Below, in pieces: positions 52,201 through 63,676 of a stretch of 64,000 nt of DNA. Numbering within the stretch: the first letter of the stretch is position 1; the number at the start of each line of letters is the position of its first letter. The stretch covers positions 2,480,001-2,544,000 of the forward strand of contig NEEC01000013.1 in NCBI GenBank assembly GCA_002189035.1. Direction: 5' to 3'. The notes under the pieces were generated by a model. It was not told the DNA's origin and made no database searches. It worked only from the letters and a program-made list of their open reading frames with translations. A program made the translations under genes and the position numbers. This DNA is from Utricularia gibba (lineage: Eukaryota; Plantae; Magnoliophyta).

Positions 52201-52806
52201 ATGCCAGAGAGTCCTGACGAGGAGAAGCCCCTTGCTGCTGCTGCTCCAGCTTCATCCATCACCAGCAGCTACCGGATCTGCATCAAATGCTGCGGCTGTC
52301 TTGCTGCTGGTCTCTTGATAGCGATCACCATCACCCTCATCCTGACCTTTACCATCTTCCGTATCCGGGATCCTATCCTACAGACCAGTTCTTTCCACAT
52401 TAGAGAAGGAGGAGGCTTGGATCATGGCTTCACCTCCAACAACAACACTCTCAGGCTCAAACTTGAAGTCTGTCATTCTCTGAGGAACCCGAATTTGGGT
52501 GCCTTCAGGATCCGCCGTATGTCCCTCCTGGTTTACTATCATGGCCTTCTAGTCGGCGAAGCAGCGGCATCTCGGCTTGAGGGGGAAGTGCCAGCCCGGG
52601 AGACTCTCTGGATGAACAACACCGTGGGAGTTGCTATGGAACGAGATGATGGGATTCTGGTTTTCGATACGAATACTACCATCACGGGGGTGGTGAGGAT
52701 CACCAGTTTGCATTTGAGGCACATCACTTTGAGTACAACTTGCTCAGTACATGTCAATTTAAGCAGCAGCGGCAGTCTCATCCATCAACAGAACTGCAGA
52801 ACATGA
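52201..52806 (+). CDS. LEA_2 / NHL-type protein, intronless
   Basis: CIKCCGCL followed by a TM helix and TIFRIRDP, then RNPN, LVYYHG and a Cys-containing C-terminus (STTCSVHV..CRT). Confidence 0.85.
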   Translation: MPESPDEEKPLAAAAPASSITSSYRICIKCCGCLAAGLLIAITITLILTFTIFRIRDPILQTSSFHIREGGGLDHGFTSNNNTLRLKLEVCHSLRNPNLGAFRIRRMSLLVYYHGLLVGEAAASRLEGEVPARETLWMNNTVGVAMERDDGILVFDTNTTITGVVRITSLHLRHITLSTTCSVHVNLSSSGSLIHQQNCRT

Positions 52807-52910
52807 GCTTCCCGCAACCAAAACAGCAAGCGCTTGCTTCTACATGAGCATTCTACTGTCATAAAAGTTGGGTTGCAGGAAATGGATGATTTACTACTGC
52901 GGAAAAACAA

Positions 52911-52930
52911 ACACACACACACACACACAC
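52911..52930 (+). repeat. (AC)n microsatellite
   Basis: acacacacacacacacacac in the spacer/3' UTR after LEA_2. Confidence 0.9.
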
Positions 52931-53441
52931 AGGATGGCATGGCACTTCTTTTTCTGAAATCTAGAGACTTCTCTTGTGTTTATAGCGCCTTTTGTAAACT
53001 TGTACATGCTGGTTTGATGTATTGAATCTGCGAAGACTTCCCTCCAGTGTTTAAAAGAGTAATGCAACCAGGAAACAACTTGGGACTCTTCATCCATCAC
53101 ACTCCCTTCAGACTTCGAAACCATGGAAATTGTGTCACTGGTCAGCTTCATCTCAAAAAAATAGAGAGAAAAAAAATGAATCTATATAGCTTTTTGAAAA
53201 TCAGAAAAGTTTTTCTTTTCTTTGTGAAATGAAAATGATTCGCGGTCGTTGTTCCATGATAATCCCGAAGCTGTCACATAATTATAGGCGTCCTAAGCAG
53301 AGTTCAGCAGTTGTCAGTAAGTCATGAAGTAGGATTGGTACATGGGATCAGTTAGCCATTACATGTTGGCGGCTGGGTGCATAAAGAAGGTTACACATAG
53401 AGTAGGATAATCAGCAGCATTTTGTTAGTTCTCCTCCTCTC

Positions 53442-55986
53442 TCACTTCCTGCGTCTGATGTTTGCGGCCTCCGGGTTGCCCTTCCTCATCATGGCCACGA
53501 ATTCATCATAATTTATCTTCCCATCCTGGCAAACCACAGCAGCAGCACACTATCAGCTGCCAAGAAGCTTCACTCTGATCTATATATGAATGTGTGTGGG
53601 GGTGGTGCATAGAATGGCTTCATGTATGATGCCTCAAGTGTCAGCTATGAAGTGAATGTTGCAGAGTGACTACCATACTGAAAAAAAAAAGCACAACAGC
53701 GAGAAGTATGGGGAGGAAGAAATGCATACATGATCAGTATCAACTTCCGCCAGGATTTCCACCATACTTTTCGCATCGCCCATGTTGTATTCTTTTTTCA
53801 AGGCATGCTCCAATTCTTCATATGTTATGTATCTGAGTCACATATTTGGCATGAATGAGAACAAAGGACATGGCGCCTAGGATGCCCATTGAAATGAAAG
53901 ACAAAATGACATACCCACTCTTGTCCTTGTCAAAAAATTCGAAAGCTCTATATAGATGCTCCTCCTTCTGCATCTGGTTCATGTGAATTGTTCCTGTTAT
54001 GAATTCCATGTAATCAATTGTGCCGTTTCCATCAACATCAGCCTGATGCAAAGAGGTAAGCTTGAGTTCCCAAAGAAGTAGAAGATTTAATATATCACTG
54101 AAAGACAAGGACACTTGCAATAAAAAAGGAGGGAGATGTTACCGCTTCCATGAACTGCCTCACTTCTGATTCAGAAATCTTTGTTCCCAACTTTGGTAAA
54201 CCAGCTTTCAGTTCATCAAGGGTAATAGCTCCACTATTATCAGTATCCATGGACTTGAAAATCTCCTTCAACCCAATAATTTCTTCTTCGGAAAGATTTT
54301 CTGCAATCACCTGAAAAGCCAGGACAGCTATAAGCATCATATCTCAGCTTACAGGTCCGGGTTAAGGCAAGTCGCCACCCCTGTTTTATGTACTGTTTCT
54401 ATGCCCACCATATGGCTCTATCTTCTGTGGATGTATGAAGTGATGATGCATATTCCATCCATTTCAATTCACAAACTTTGGGAAAAAATAATACAGGATT
54501 AATTTTGTGCTTACTCTCAAGGCTGCTTTCTTGAGCTTGTTCATCGCCTGGAACTGCTTCATTCTGGTCAATACAGCTACATCAAGAGGCTTATCAGGTG
54601 CATCTCCATCTTCCCGCATCCACGGATGATCTGAATATTAAGCTAAGGTTACCATCCCACACAGTGATGATCAGTGAAACAGAAAATAGATAATTCTCTC
54701 TGAAATCCCATTAGTTTATGGCAGCCGGATAACAAAAGCAGCTTACTTAGGACCTCCACGACAGTTAACCGAGCAGTGGGATCAGGATGAAGCATTTTTC
54801 TAACAAGATCTTTCGCACTGGCAGAGATTGATGGCCAGGGATCAGAATAAAAGTTCAGGTGGCCTTGCAGTATAGCATCAAATATTCCCTTCTCAGACTC
54901 TGACGTCACAAAACAATAATTCGTCAATCACTGAAACTTGGCAAACACCATTCTCAAGTGCCCTACTCTCATCTACAGAATTTGAGCTCTGTATCAAAAT
55001 ATTACCTGCCCAGAAAGGAGGGACGCCACTAAGTAGGATATACAACATTACTCCAGCACTAAAGACATCAGCTTCCGGTCCATAATGTCGACGAAGGATA
55101 TCAGGCGCCACATAATATGCGCTGCCAACAACATCTGTGAATACTTCTCCTGAAACAAAAAAAAAGGCTCAATGGACAATCATGTCATTAGAGGCCAGCG
55201 TTTAGAGCATCTGGATTCCAGAGGTGAAATAATGAGATATCACAAACTTGAAACACCAGAATATTCTACCCAAAAAGTTGCATTAATTTCTTTCACCAGG
55301 TGATTCCTTTCATCAGATAAAAAGGGGAGAAAATAGCCTAAGAGAAAGAATAGAGGGAACAAGTTACCCGGTTTGAAGAAAACAGACAATCCAAAATCAG
55401 TGGCCTTGAGGGGTGAATCCTCGTCGGTGCTCAAAAATAGGAAATTTTCCGGCTTCAAATCCCTATGCATAACGCCTAGAGAGTGACAATCGTGCAAAAC
55501 GGTCACAATCTGACGACAAAGAGCAGCCGCAGCGCGTTCGGAGTAATGCCCCTTAGAAATAATCCGATCGAAGAGTTCGCCCCCAGCACACAACTCCATT
55601 ACCAGATGAACGTTCTGTCTATCTTCGTAAACATCAAAGAGCTCCACAATATTCCGGTGGCCCGTGAGATGGCGCATGATCTGCACCTCACGGCGGACGT
55701 CAGCGACATCAGATGGGCTGGTTATTTTCCGCTTCGCAATCGACTTGCAGGCGTAGGTCTGACCCGTTTCACGGTGGGTCACCAAATGGGTAACGCCGAA
55801 CTGCCCCCGGCCGAGTTCTTTACCAAAAACATACGTGGAATGGACATCAGCCATGGGCTTTCCAAGCACCCGCCCGGTGCCGCTCAAGAAATAGCGACGC
55901 TTCGAATCACTCGAGTCCGCTCTCCCGTTCCCCTCAGGGCGAGGGCGGGGGCGGGAAGAAGAGGTACCACTCCCGGTGTTTCCCAT
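53442..55986 (-). CDS. CPK3: Calcium-dependent protein kinase, CPK3-like (divergent)
   Basis: Eight exons. MGN myristoylation site, [22 protein letters not shown], junction [13 protein letters not shown] and four EF-hands (DTDNSG, DVDGNG, DKDKSG, DTDHDG); stop TGA at 53444-53442. Confidence 0.9.
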
Positions 55987-57034
55987 AAAACGCCGATCTT
56001 TACGTCAACTGACTCCAAATCTCGATTCAAATCAGAAGGGGCTTTCAGAGTAGAGGACGAAGGAAGCCGGAGCTGCAAATTTTTGACGAATCAGATAAGA
56101 TTAGACTGGAGAGGGGCAGCCCCAGCTGCTGCTCGTCTCCTTCGTGGAAAGAGTCCACCTTGGAATGTGCCCGATGACGTTTCTTCCTGTTTTACTTTCC
56201 TTTCTTCCCTCTTCTACTGCGTTCCATTTTTTATATATATTTCTGAATTAAATGACATAATTAATAAAAAAATGATTTTTTATTTTTGAATTTTTTTTAA
56301 AAAAATGTAACAAAACGGTCCAAATCAGTTTATGTATGTGGGTCCCATTTGACTATGTGAGACTGGAGTCTTCGGAACCGCGGTCAAATCCTTGTGTGTG
56401 TGTGTATATGTGTGGTGTGTGTTTGTGGAGGGAAAGGGCGTTTGATTTGATGGCGCAGTTTTTGAGTTTTCAAGAAGGAAGAAGACGCTGTTTGTGGGGT
56501 TTCGGATACGTTGATTTGATCCGGGAGTTGCGCGAATTTCGGAACAACGAGGTAATTTGGCATCATGCTTTTCGTTGCTACCTATGCACTTTGAATAAAA
56601 GTGCATGAATCTGATCCGAAAATGCTTCGATTTGTGATTTCCCATGTTCAGCTTTTGGGCACTCGTGCTCCTACCTCAGCCATAGCAGCAGTCACTTCAG
56701 TGAAGCAAAACCACAAATTGCTTCACCTCGTCGGGACTCCAGACGTGTAGTAACAAACTTTTCTTTGCATTATGTTTTGTTGGGTTGGTTGAATCGATGT
56801 TAGGACTTAGATTACTAGAACGAAAGATGTCTATGAAGTAGTGGCTAGAGAAGACCCGCACCGTATGGTTGCAGTTAAGCTGCTTTTTGTCATTTGGGAA
56901 TCAGTTCTGTTTTCCGACAGTTGCTCTGCACCGTTAGAACGTGATTGTGTATGTCGCTATAAATCCTGGTGCTCAGCTGATGAGTTAAAGATGAACCGTG
57001 ACCGTGGTTTAGTGTTTCTCCTATTTGATTCATA

Positions 57035-58868
57035 ATGGAAACAATGAAGATTCATCTTCCGGTGATCGCAATGATCTTTATTCAGTTTTTATATGCAGGG
57101 ATGTTTCTTCTTGGCAAAGCTGCTATTTCTAATGGCATGAAACCTCCAGTTTTTGTGTTCTATAGACAGACTGTGGCTACTGTAATTCTGGCCCCTTTGG
57201 CCTACATCTTAGAGAGGTCTTTGTTTCCTTTTTTTTTTTTTGGTTTTGTCCGTTATAAGTTTCCTTGTGAACTAATGCAGCCGTGCGTGCGTTTTCACAA
57301 ACTTTCAGGAAAGTGTCCACTTCTCTAACATGGTTGCTGCTCCTCAAGATCTTCATTGTTTCTTCCTGCGGGTATGTGGCTCATTCGTCTCCAAGCACAT
57401 ATTGGCACTCTGCCTCTTAATTTAGCTACGTGAAAGCTTTTCTTTTTTACTACTTGAAGGATGGCACTGTCTCTAAATCTCCACTTTATCTCGCTCAAGT
57501 ATGTCACGGCGACTTTTGCAACAGCATCAACAAATGTCATTCCGGCTATTGTCTTCATCATGGCAGTTGCCTTGAGGTACCATCCAGCCTTCTAGCCTCA
57601 AGCTCAATTTCCCTACGAAAAAAGAAAAAAAAATAGAACTTATCCTTTCAATAAAACTGTAGGATTGAAAGACTGGATATAAAGAAAATCCATGGGCAGG
57701 CCAAAGTTTTGGGTACAGCGGTTTGTATATCAGGAGCAATGGTGTATGCTTTATACAAGGGACCCTCTCTGTACTCCGGCACTAGAGAAGAAGGTAAAGA
57801 TGATTGTACATGATGACCATACTGAAAAGGCTTAGGTCAGATCTTGCTTGTTGTAATAAATCTCACATTCATTATCTTTATTTCTTTTTTTTTCGATCCC
57901 AACTAGGTACAAAACCTATATCAAACAGCCCCACGATGGAAGAATGGATAAAGGGCTCAATATTCCTGCTAGCCTCTGGGGTTTCTTGGTCAGCTTGGCT
58001 CGTGGTGCAGGTTCCTTTCCTTCTTTCTAGATAATTCACTGTCTTATGTCTAGGTGGCTAACCATTACTTCTCTTGTTTTTTTTTTATTCAGAGACCATT
58101 GCTAAGGGAATTCCCTGCAAAACTACGATTAGCAACCATGCAAATAGGATTCAGCTGCATACCCACGGCTCTATACGGCGGTATCATCGTTGAGAGGGAT
58201 GCATCTTCCTGGAAGCTCACATGGAATATCAACTTGCTTTCCATAGCTTACTGCGTACAAATCCTTCTTCCCTTTCTCTATAGCGACCGTGTTGAAGCAG
58301 ATGACAAAACCGTGACTGATGAAATGCAGGGAATTGTAGTAACTGCCGTATCATATCCACTGATGATTTGGGTTGTTGAGAGAAAAGGCCCCATCTTTTC
58401 ATCGGTTTTCAGCCCATTGACATTACTTTTAACGGCCATATTCTCCGCTGTCTTTTTCCATGAAGCCTTCTGCTTGGGAAGGTACAGTGAGCAGCAACCC
58501 ATTCTCTGTCATTTTGGCTGCGGAAAAATAAAAGATTAACGGCAAGTCGTCACTGGTGGCCATGAATGATTTTATGCAGTGTGGTTGGAGGCCTCCTGCT
58601 GGTGTCAGGGCTCTATGCCTTCTTATGGGGTGAAGCCTACCAGGCCCCCGCAAGAATGCGCCGACGCAAAGCGAAGCCCAGTTGGAATCTGTCGTCCCAG
58701 ATAACTAAACAGGCATCGCTCTCTTGCATTGTATCCAGTAACTTTCAACCTCGTTGGGTTTCAGTGTCATGTCCGAAAGTTCAAGAACCATTTTTTCAGT
58801 TAATGTACAAAATAATACCTTGTCAGTTTTCAATTCTTTTTCAAGGAAACAGACTGTCTTTTTGGTGA
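57035..58868 (+). CDS. WAT1-related / UMAMIT (EamA, MtN21) transporter; true stop may be 58708
   Basis: Eight exons. Motifs [69 protein letters not shown]. Confidence 0.9.
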
Positions 58869-58997
58869 GTGGAGGAGTGATGGGGTGGCGGTAGCCATAG
58901 CCAATCCACCACATTATCGGTTAGGAGGCCCTCCCTCCCGCATCCGCCATATCCACCACAGTTCCTCAGCTCTCAGCTCTTCTTGTAAAGGGGAGAA

Positions 58998-60251
58998 ATG
59001 GGGATTCCCTGCTGTTTACAATCTCATAAGGCAGTGATTCTGGTTAAGCGCAATCCATCCACTACGCAATCCCCCAAGTTCCATCGCATTTTCTCACCCA
59101 AAAGAAGGATTTTTGGGGCTAGTAGTCCCGTTTTTTCTCACTCTCAACTCTCGAAATCCATACCCATCTTCATGGGCGCTGGAATCGCGCTATTTTCCTT
59201 TATCGCGCCCTCCGACGCAGCCGAGATTTCAAGCTACAGCGAACCGTGGAATGCGCTATCAATTCCCACCTGGGCCGTTCATGTTTCCAGCGTTGTTGAA
59301 TGGTTGGTGATGATGATTCGTAATATGAGACGCTAAGTTGGTTAAATTGGAATCAAATTCCAGTATCCAGTTGCGTTAGGGTTCTTGTTTTCTCTAATCG
59401 TTTTGAATGAGGTTTTTATCAGGGCCACTGCAATGGCTTTGGTATGGCGATATGGAGAAAAATCTGGCCTTGAATCTTGGAAGGGTCTGTCTTGGGGAAT
59501 GGTGAACTACTTACCCTCTTTCCGCTCTCCAGATTCCATAAATGGTGTTGTCACTTTACTGCAATGTTAGTTTTGTGGTCTTTGAAAAGCCTTATTTGGA
59601 CCTTGAGATCCAAGTTCTTTGCTCTAACTTCTTCCATGAAGCTCATCATATCCATTACAGTGATCATACTTTTCACAATCATGCAACTGTGTAGGTTCCC
59701 CTTCTTGCTGGAGCACTCTGTGCTTGCACTTGGCATTTCTTCTACAACTCTGAGTCCTTGAGGTACAATTTATCTTTTCTTGCTTTCCTTTTCTACCCGG
59801 TGATTTGGTGGTCGAGTACATCAACGTAGATGCAATAGCCTCCCACAAGTCATGCTCTTTTCAATCATTCCATGGGTGGCTAACAATAAACAGTTCATTC
59901 TCTATTAACAAGGGTTGGTAGTTGAGCACCTTAACAGTAAAGGGGAAATCTAGAAAGAATCCAGAGACTGTGCTCCATCCACTGTAGGGAAAGCATCGCT
60001 GATCACCTTGACAGCGGCTGCATGCCTACCCACACCATTTTTGCAGGAAAAAAGATGACTTTGGCGTTGTTGAGTTGCAGATCATTATGGTTTTATTTTG
60101 ATGAAGAAGAGTGTCTCATTAACCCAACCCTTTGCTTGATACGAATGAACAGGTGCTGGTAGCTCTCCAGGCAGCATTAACAGTAGCGGGCAACACAACG
60201 ATGTGCATTGCAGCCTATCGCATCTACAAGTCGTCGCAAGAAGAATTATAA
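58998..60251 (+). CDS. Ycf49-like plastid membrane protein (DUF2499, AT4G22830-like); one -1 frameshift at 59756-59762
   Basis: Four exons. Transit-peptide-like start, NALSIPTWAVHVSSVVEW, WKGLSWGM|VPLLAGALCACTWHFFYNSESL(E)|VLVALQAALTVAGN. Confidence 0.88.
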
Positions 60252-60560
60252 TCAGTTTGTTGATGAGGTCCGCTGCCGCCTTCAGGTCTGATGGCTGCCT
60301 TCGTGCCGGCGTTGAAGCTGGCCGAATAAATTCGCCGTCTGGTACTGTCTCCGGCGCTGTATTGTGGATCTCCGTTTACCGGTTCATTTAAGGAAGCTAA
60401 TGAAATGAACCCGGTCTGGATCCGGTTCAACCGCCCCAATTTCTTTTTTAAAAAAGAAAATCATAATTTCGATTAATTTAGAGAGAGAGAGAGAGAGGAC
60501 TTTTGTGCATCACTGAGTACTACTAGTAGCTTTATCGGCAACCCGTGGCCGTTGTATTTC

Positions 60561-61911
60561 ATGGCTGCTGCTCTGGTGTTCTTGTGTTCAGCTTCTTCCC
60601 CGTATCCGCCGCGCCTACACAACGACGACCTCTCAAGCTTCCCGGAGAAAGCGGCGGCGGCGGCGGCGGCTCAGGCAACCTCGAAGAAGCCTCCTCGTCC
60701 ACGCCGCATCATTCTGGTGCGCCACGGACAGAGTCAAGGGAACGTCGATGAGCGCGTATACACACGCGTGGCAGACCCCAAGGTGAATCTGACGCCACAA
60801 GGCGTGGAGGAGGCTGAAGAATGCGGGAGAACCATTCGGAAGTTGATCGAGGGAGATGGAGCGGATGATTGGAAAGTCTATTTCTACGTCTCGCCGTACA
60901 CCAGGACCATCGAAACGTTGAAGAATTTGGCGAAAGCGTTTGAGAGATCGAGAATTGCGGGTGTTAGAGAGGAGCCCAGAATCCGGGAACAAGATTTCGG
61001 TACCCATACTTTTTTTTTCATCGGTCTGTTTCTTTTCTCCGCTGCTGATGGATCATCTTCCTCTTGCGTCGGAAAGGGAATTTTCAGGATCAGCATCAGA
61101 TGAAGATGCATAAAGAGATTCGAAAACGATACGGCAGGTTCTTCTACCGTTTCCCCAACGGCGAATCCGCCGCAGACGTCTACGACAGAATCACAGGTAC
61201 CTCCCTCACTGCCCCAAAAGAAGGATGCTGAGGCATTGATTGCATAGATTCGTTGTTGATCCTATGAAAACAAGGGGAGTTTTATTTAGCTGTGGGTTGA
61301 CTGAAACTGGCAGGTTTCAGGGAAACACTGAGGAGTGATATAGACATAGGGAGATTTCAGAAACCAGGGGAGCAAAGTCCAAACATGAACCTGGTGATCG
61401 TTTCTCATGGCTTAACTCTCCGGGTCTTCTTGATGAGATGGTACAAATGGACTGTCCAACAGTTCGAAGGCCTTCATAATTTCGGCAATGGGAGCATGAT
61501 GGTCATGGAAAGAGGCTATGGAGGAAGGTCATAATGCTTATAAACCAGCCAAGTGTGCACAGACTCGCTCTTCTTGCACATGTGTTCTCTGTTTTTTTTC
61601 TTCAGGTACTGCTTGCTGATGCACCACACAGCCGATGACATGAGGAAGTTTGGATTGACAGACGCCATGATTATCGATCAAGAATGGTTTGTATCAAATC
61701 CAATTGTGTCCCCATGATCCCCAGAGATGAAACTAGCTCTAAGAATTGCATTTGCTCTGAATGAAGGCAAAAATTTGCTAGGCCTGGTGAACTCAACTAC
61801 GACTGCTTGATCACGGGGCCCTCCTACTTCACTCACTTCGATGATGAACTGCAGGAGGAGATTGCGGCAGGTGTTATGACTGAGGAACAGGCAAACTTCA
61901 GAGCCTTTTGA
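60561..61911 (+). CDS. Phosphoglycerate mutase-like histidine phosphatase, AT74/AT74H type
   Basis: Five exons. PRRIILVRHGQS, FYVSPYTRT, EEPRIREQDFG|NFQD, RFFYRFPNGESAADVYDRI, IVSHGLTLRVFLMRW. A (GCG)n poly-Ala tract lies at about 60651-60671. Confidence 0.9.
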
Positions 61912-62290
61912 ATAACAGTCAGCTGTTCTCCTAGAGCTTGTTTTGAAACCCACGGTACAGTCTTGGAAGGCCACACACACTCAACGACTCAACCATGTAA
62001 GTAGTAGAAAAACATTAGCAATATGTTGAACCTGGAGGTATTTTGGGAGGTGACAGTTCCTCTTCCCATTAACTCTATGTCTAAAGATCTCATCAGGAAA
62101 AAAAGCACTTGAAAAAATGCTGTTTTTTTGGTCTTGACACCAGCATTTGAACACATTGGGTGGAGGCTGTAAAGCAACACAGACAGACAACTGCTACTAA
62201 CATCATATATTATCATACCAACAACTTGCTTTGTTTCAGACGTCACGCTTACAACTAGATTATCTAATGCAGTGTTTTTTTGCCATCTTA

Positions 62291-63676
62291 TTAGTCGTCC
62301 TCGTCATTATACACCTTGTCAAAGCGAAGCCATTTCCTGGCTCGCACGACTCTCATGAACAAGAACCAGATAATCCCAGCGCCCGTCATCACCCCGGACA
62401 ACAAGAACACAGTTTTGGTCGCCGTCACCATGATGAACAAGAGCATCCCGATGGGGATCAACGATAGTGCAGACAGGGCCGGCAATCGCAACGGCACCCT
62501 GAAGGACCGTCTCTTCTGCGGCAACTTCCATCGCAGGAACAGAAACGATGCGAACTCGAGAAGCATACCTAAGCTATACAAGAAGTTGGCCGATGACACC
62601 AGGTTCGTGTAGCTCAAGGACGAAACCCCGAGGGCTATCAGCGCGGAAAGCAGGATCCCCATCCATGGCGTATTGAACCATTTCGATCTCATGGCAAAGA
62701 AGCGCGGCAGAAGGGCGAGATCCGCCATTCCTTCCAGTTGGTATGAGACGCTACTCAGCTGTGCTTCGAATAATCCGATGGACGATAACACCGCACCGAT
62801 TTCGATCCATAGCTTCAGCCACCCACCCGCGATTAGTTTCGCAACGTCCGCCATGTACCCGGCTTCCCATTCGCTCTGCTCAACGACGATGGCTCCAGTT
62901 GCGGCGAAGAGGGGTATTATGTAGCTCAACGCAATGAAGATCACAGCAATGAACAAAGCCAAGGGAAAGGTTTTACTAGGGTTTTCGACTTCACCAGCCA
63001 TGGTGCTGACGCTGTCCCAATAGTTCAAGTTCCAAAACAAAGTGTTGAACAACAAATTCCAATCTTTTTTCACACCTCTTTCGCCTAAAGAAATCCATCG
63101 ACGGGGACGAAGCTTCGGGATCGCGATCAACGACATCAAGAGAAACGGAGAAAGGGAGAGAATCCCCAGGGCAAGTGCAAAGTAACCCATGATAACTAAA
63201 CCAGTGTAATTCAAAGAAGCAAAGACCAATATGAAGACAAAGTTGGCCACATGGTTCGCCAGCCCGGAGGAGAGCAAAGGGAAGAGCCTCATCAAGTACT
63301 GCATGCAGAGCGATGTGACGGCGGCGATGTTTATCACTCCGGAAAGAAACTTCCATGTCCCCATCAGTGACCCAGCGAAGGACCCAAAGGCACGCTCCGC
63401 CCAGATCACAAACCCTCCATTCCCAGGGTACATGGTGGACAGCTCTGCAGTGATCAGCGCAACCGGGATGCACCAAACGAACGGGAAGATAAGAAACCCG
63501 AGGATTGCGAACAGAGGGCCGGCAGCTCGGATGGTCGGCTCTTCGCCATAGGGCCCGCCGGCAACTTCAAAATAGATCAAGGAGATGAGAGGTATGAGGG
63601 ACAGCTTCTTGGACGCAGCAACTCCGATGGGGGCGCTCGTCGGGAGCTGTTGAGTGTCCAAAGCCGCTTCCGCCAT
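62291..63676 (-). CDS. Polyamine uptake transporter (PUT/LAT, APC superfamily), At3g13620-like, intronless
   Basis: [78 protein letters not shown]. Confidence 0.93.
   Translation of the reverse strand: MAEAALDTQQLPTSAPIGVAASKKLSLIPLISLIYFEVAGGPYGEEPTIRAAGPLFAILGFLIFPFVWCIPVALITAELSTMYPGNGGFVIWAERAFGSFAGSLMGTWKFLSGVINIAAVTSLCMQYLMRLFPLLSSGLANHVANFVFILVFASLNYTGLVIMGYFALALGILSLSPFLLMSLIAIPKLRPRRWISLGERGVKKDWNLLFNTLFWNLNYWDSVSTMAGEVENPSKTFPLALFIAVIFIALSYIIPLFAATGAIVVEQSEWEAGYMADVAKLIAGGWLKLWIEIGAVLSSIGLFEAQLSSVSYQLEGMADLALLPRFFAMRSKWFNTPWMGILLSALIALGVSSLSYTNLVSSANFLYSLGMLLEFASFLFLRWKLPQKRRSFRVPLRLPALSALSLIPIGMLLFIMVTATKTVFLLSGVMTGAGIIWFLFMRVVRARKWLRFDKVYNDEDD

Noticed and set aside
55483-56289. 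268-aa + strand ORF
   Set aside because: Antisense shadow of GC-rich CPK exon 1, with no recognisable motifs.
24833-59762. Calling FRA3, INO80D-like, BIG5, At5g52430-like and Ycf49-like pseudogenes
   Set aside because: Each has only 1-2 lesions of one class (G/C-run deletion) with otherwise intact exons and motifs, so assembly error is more parsimonious.
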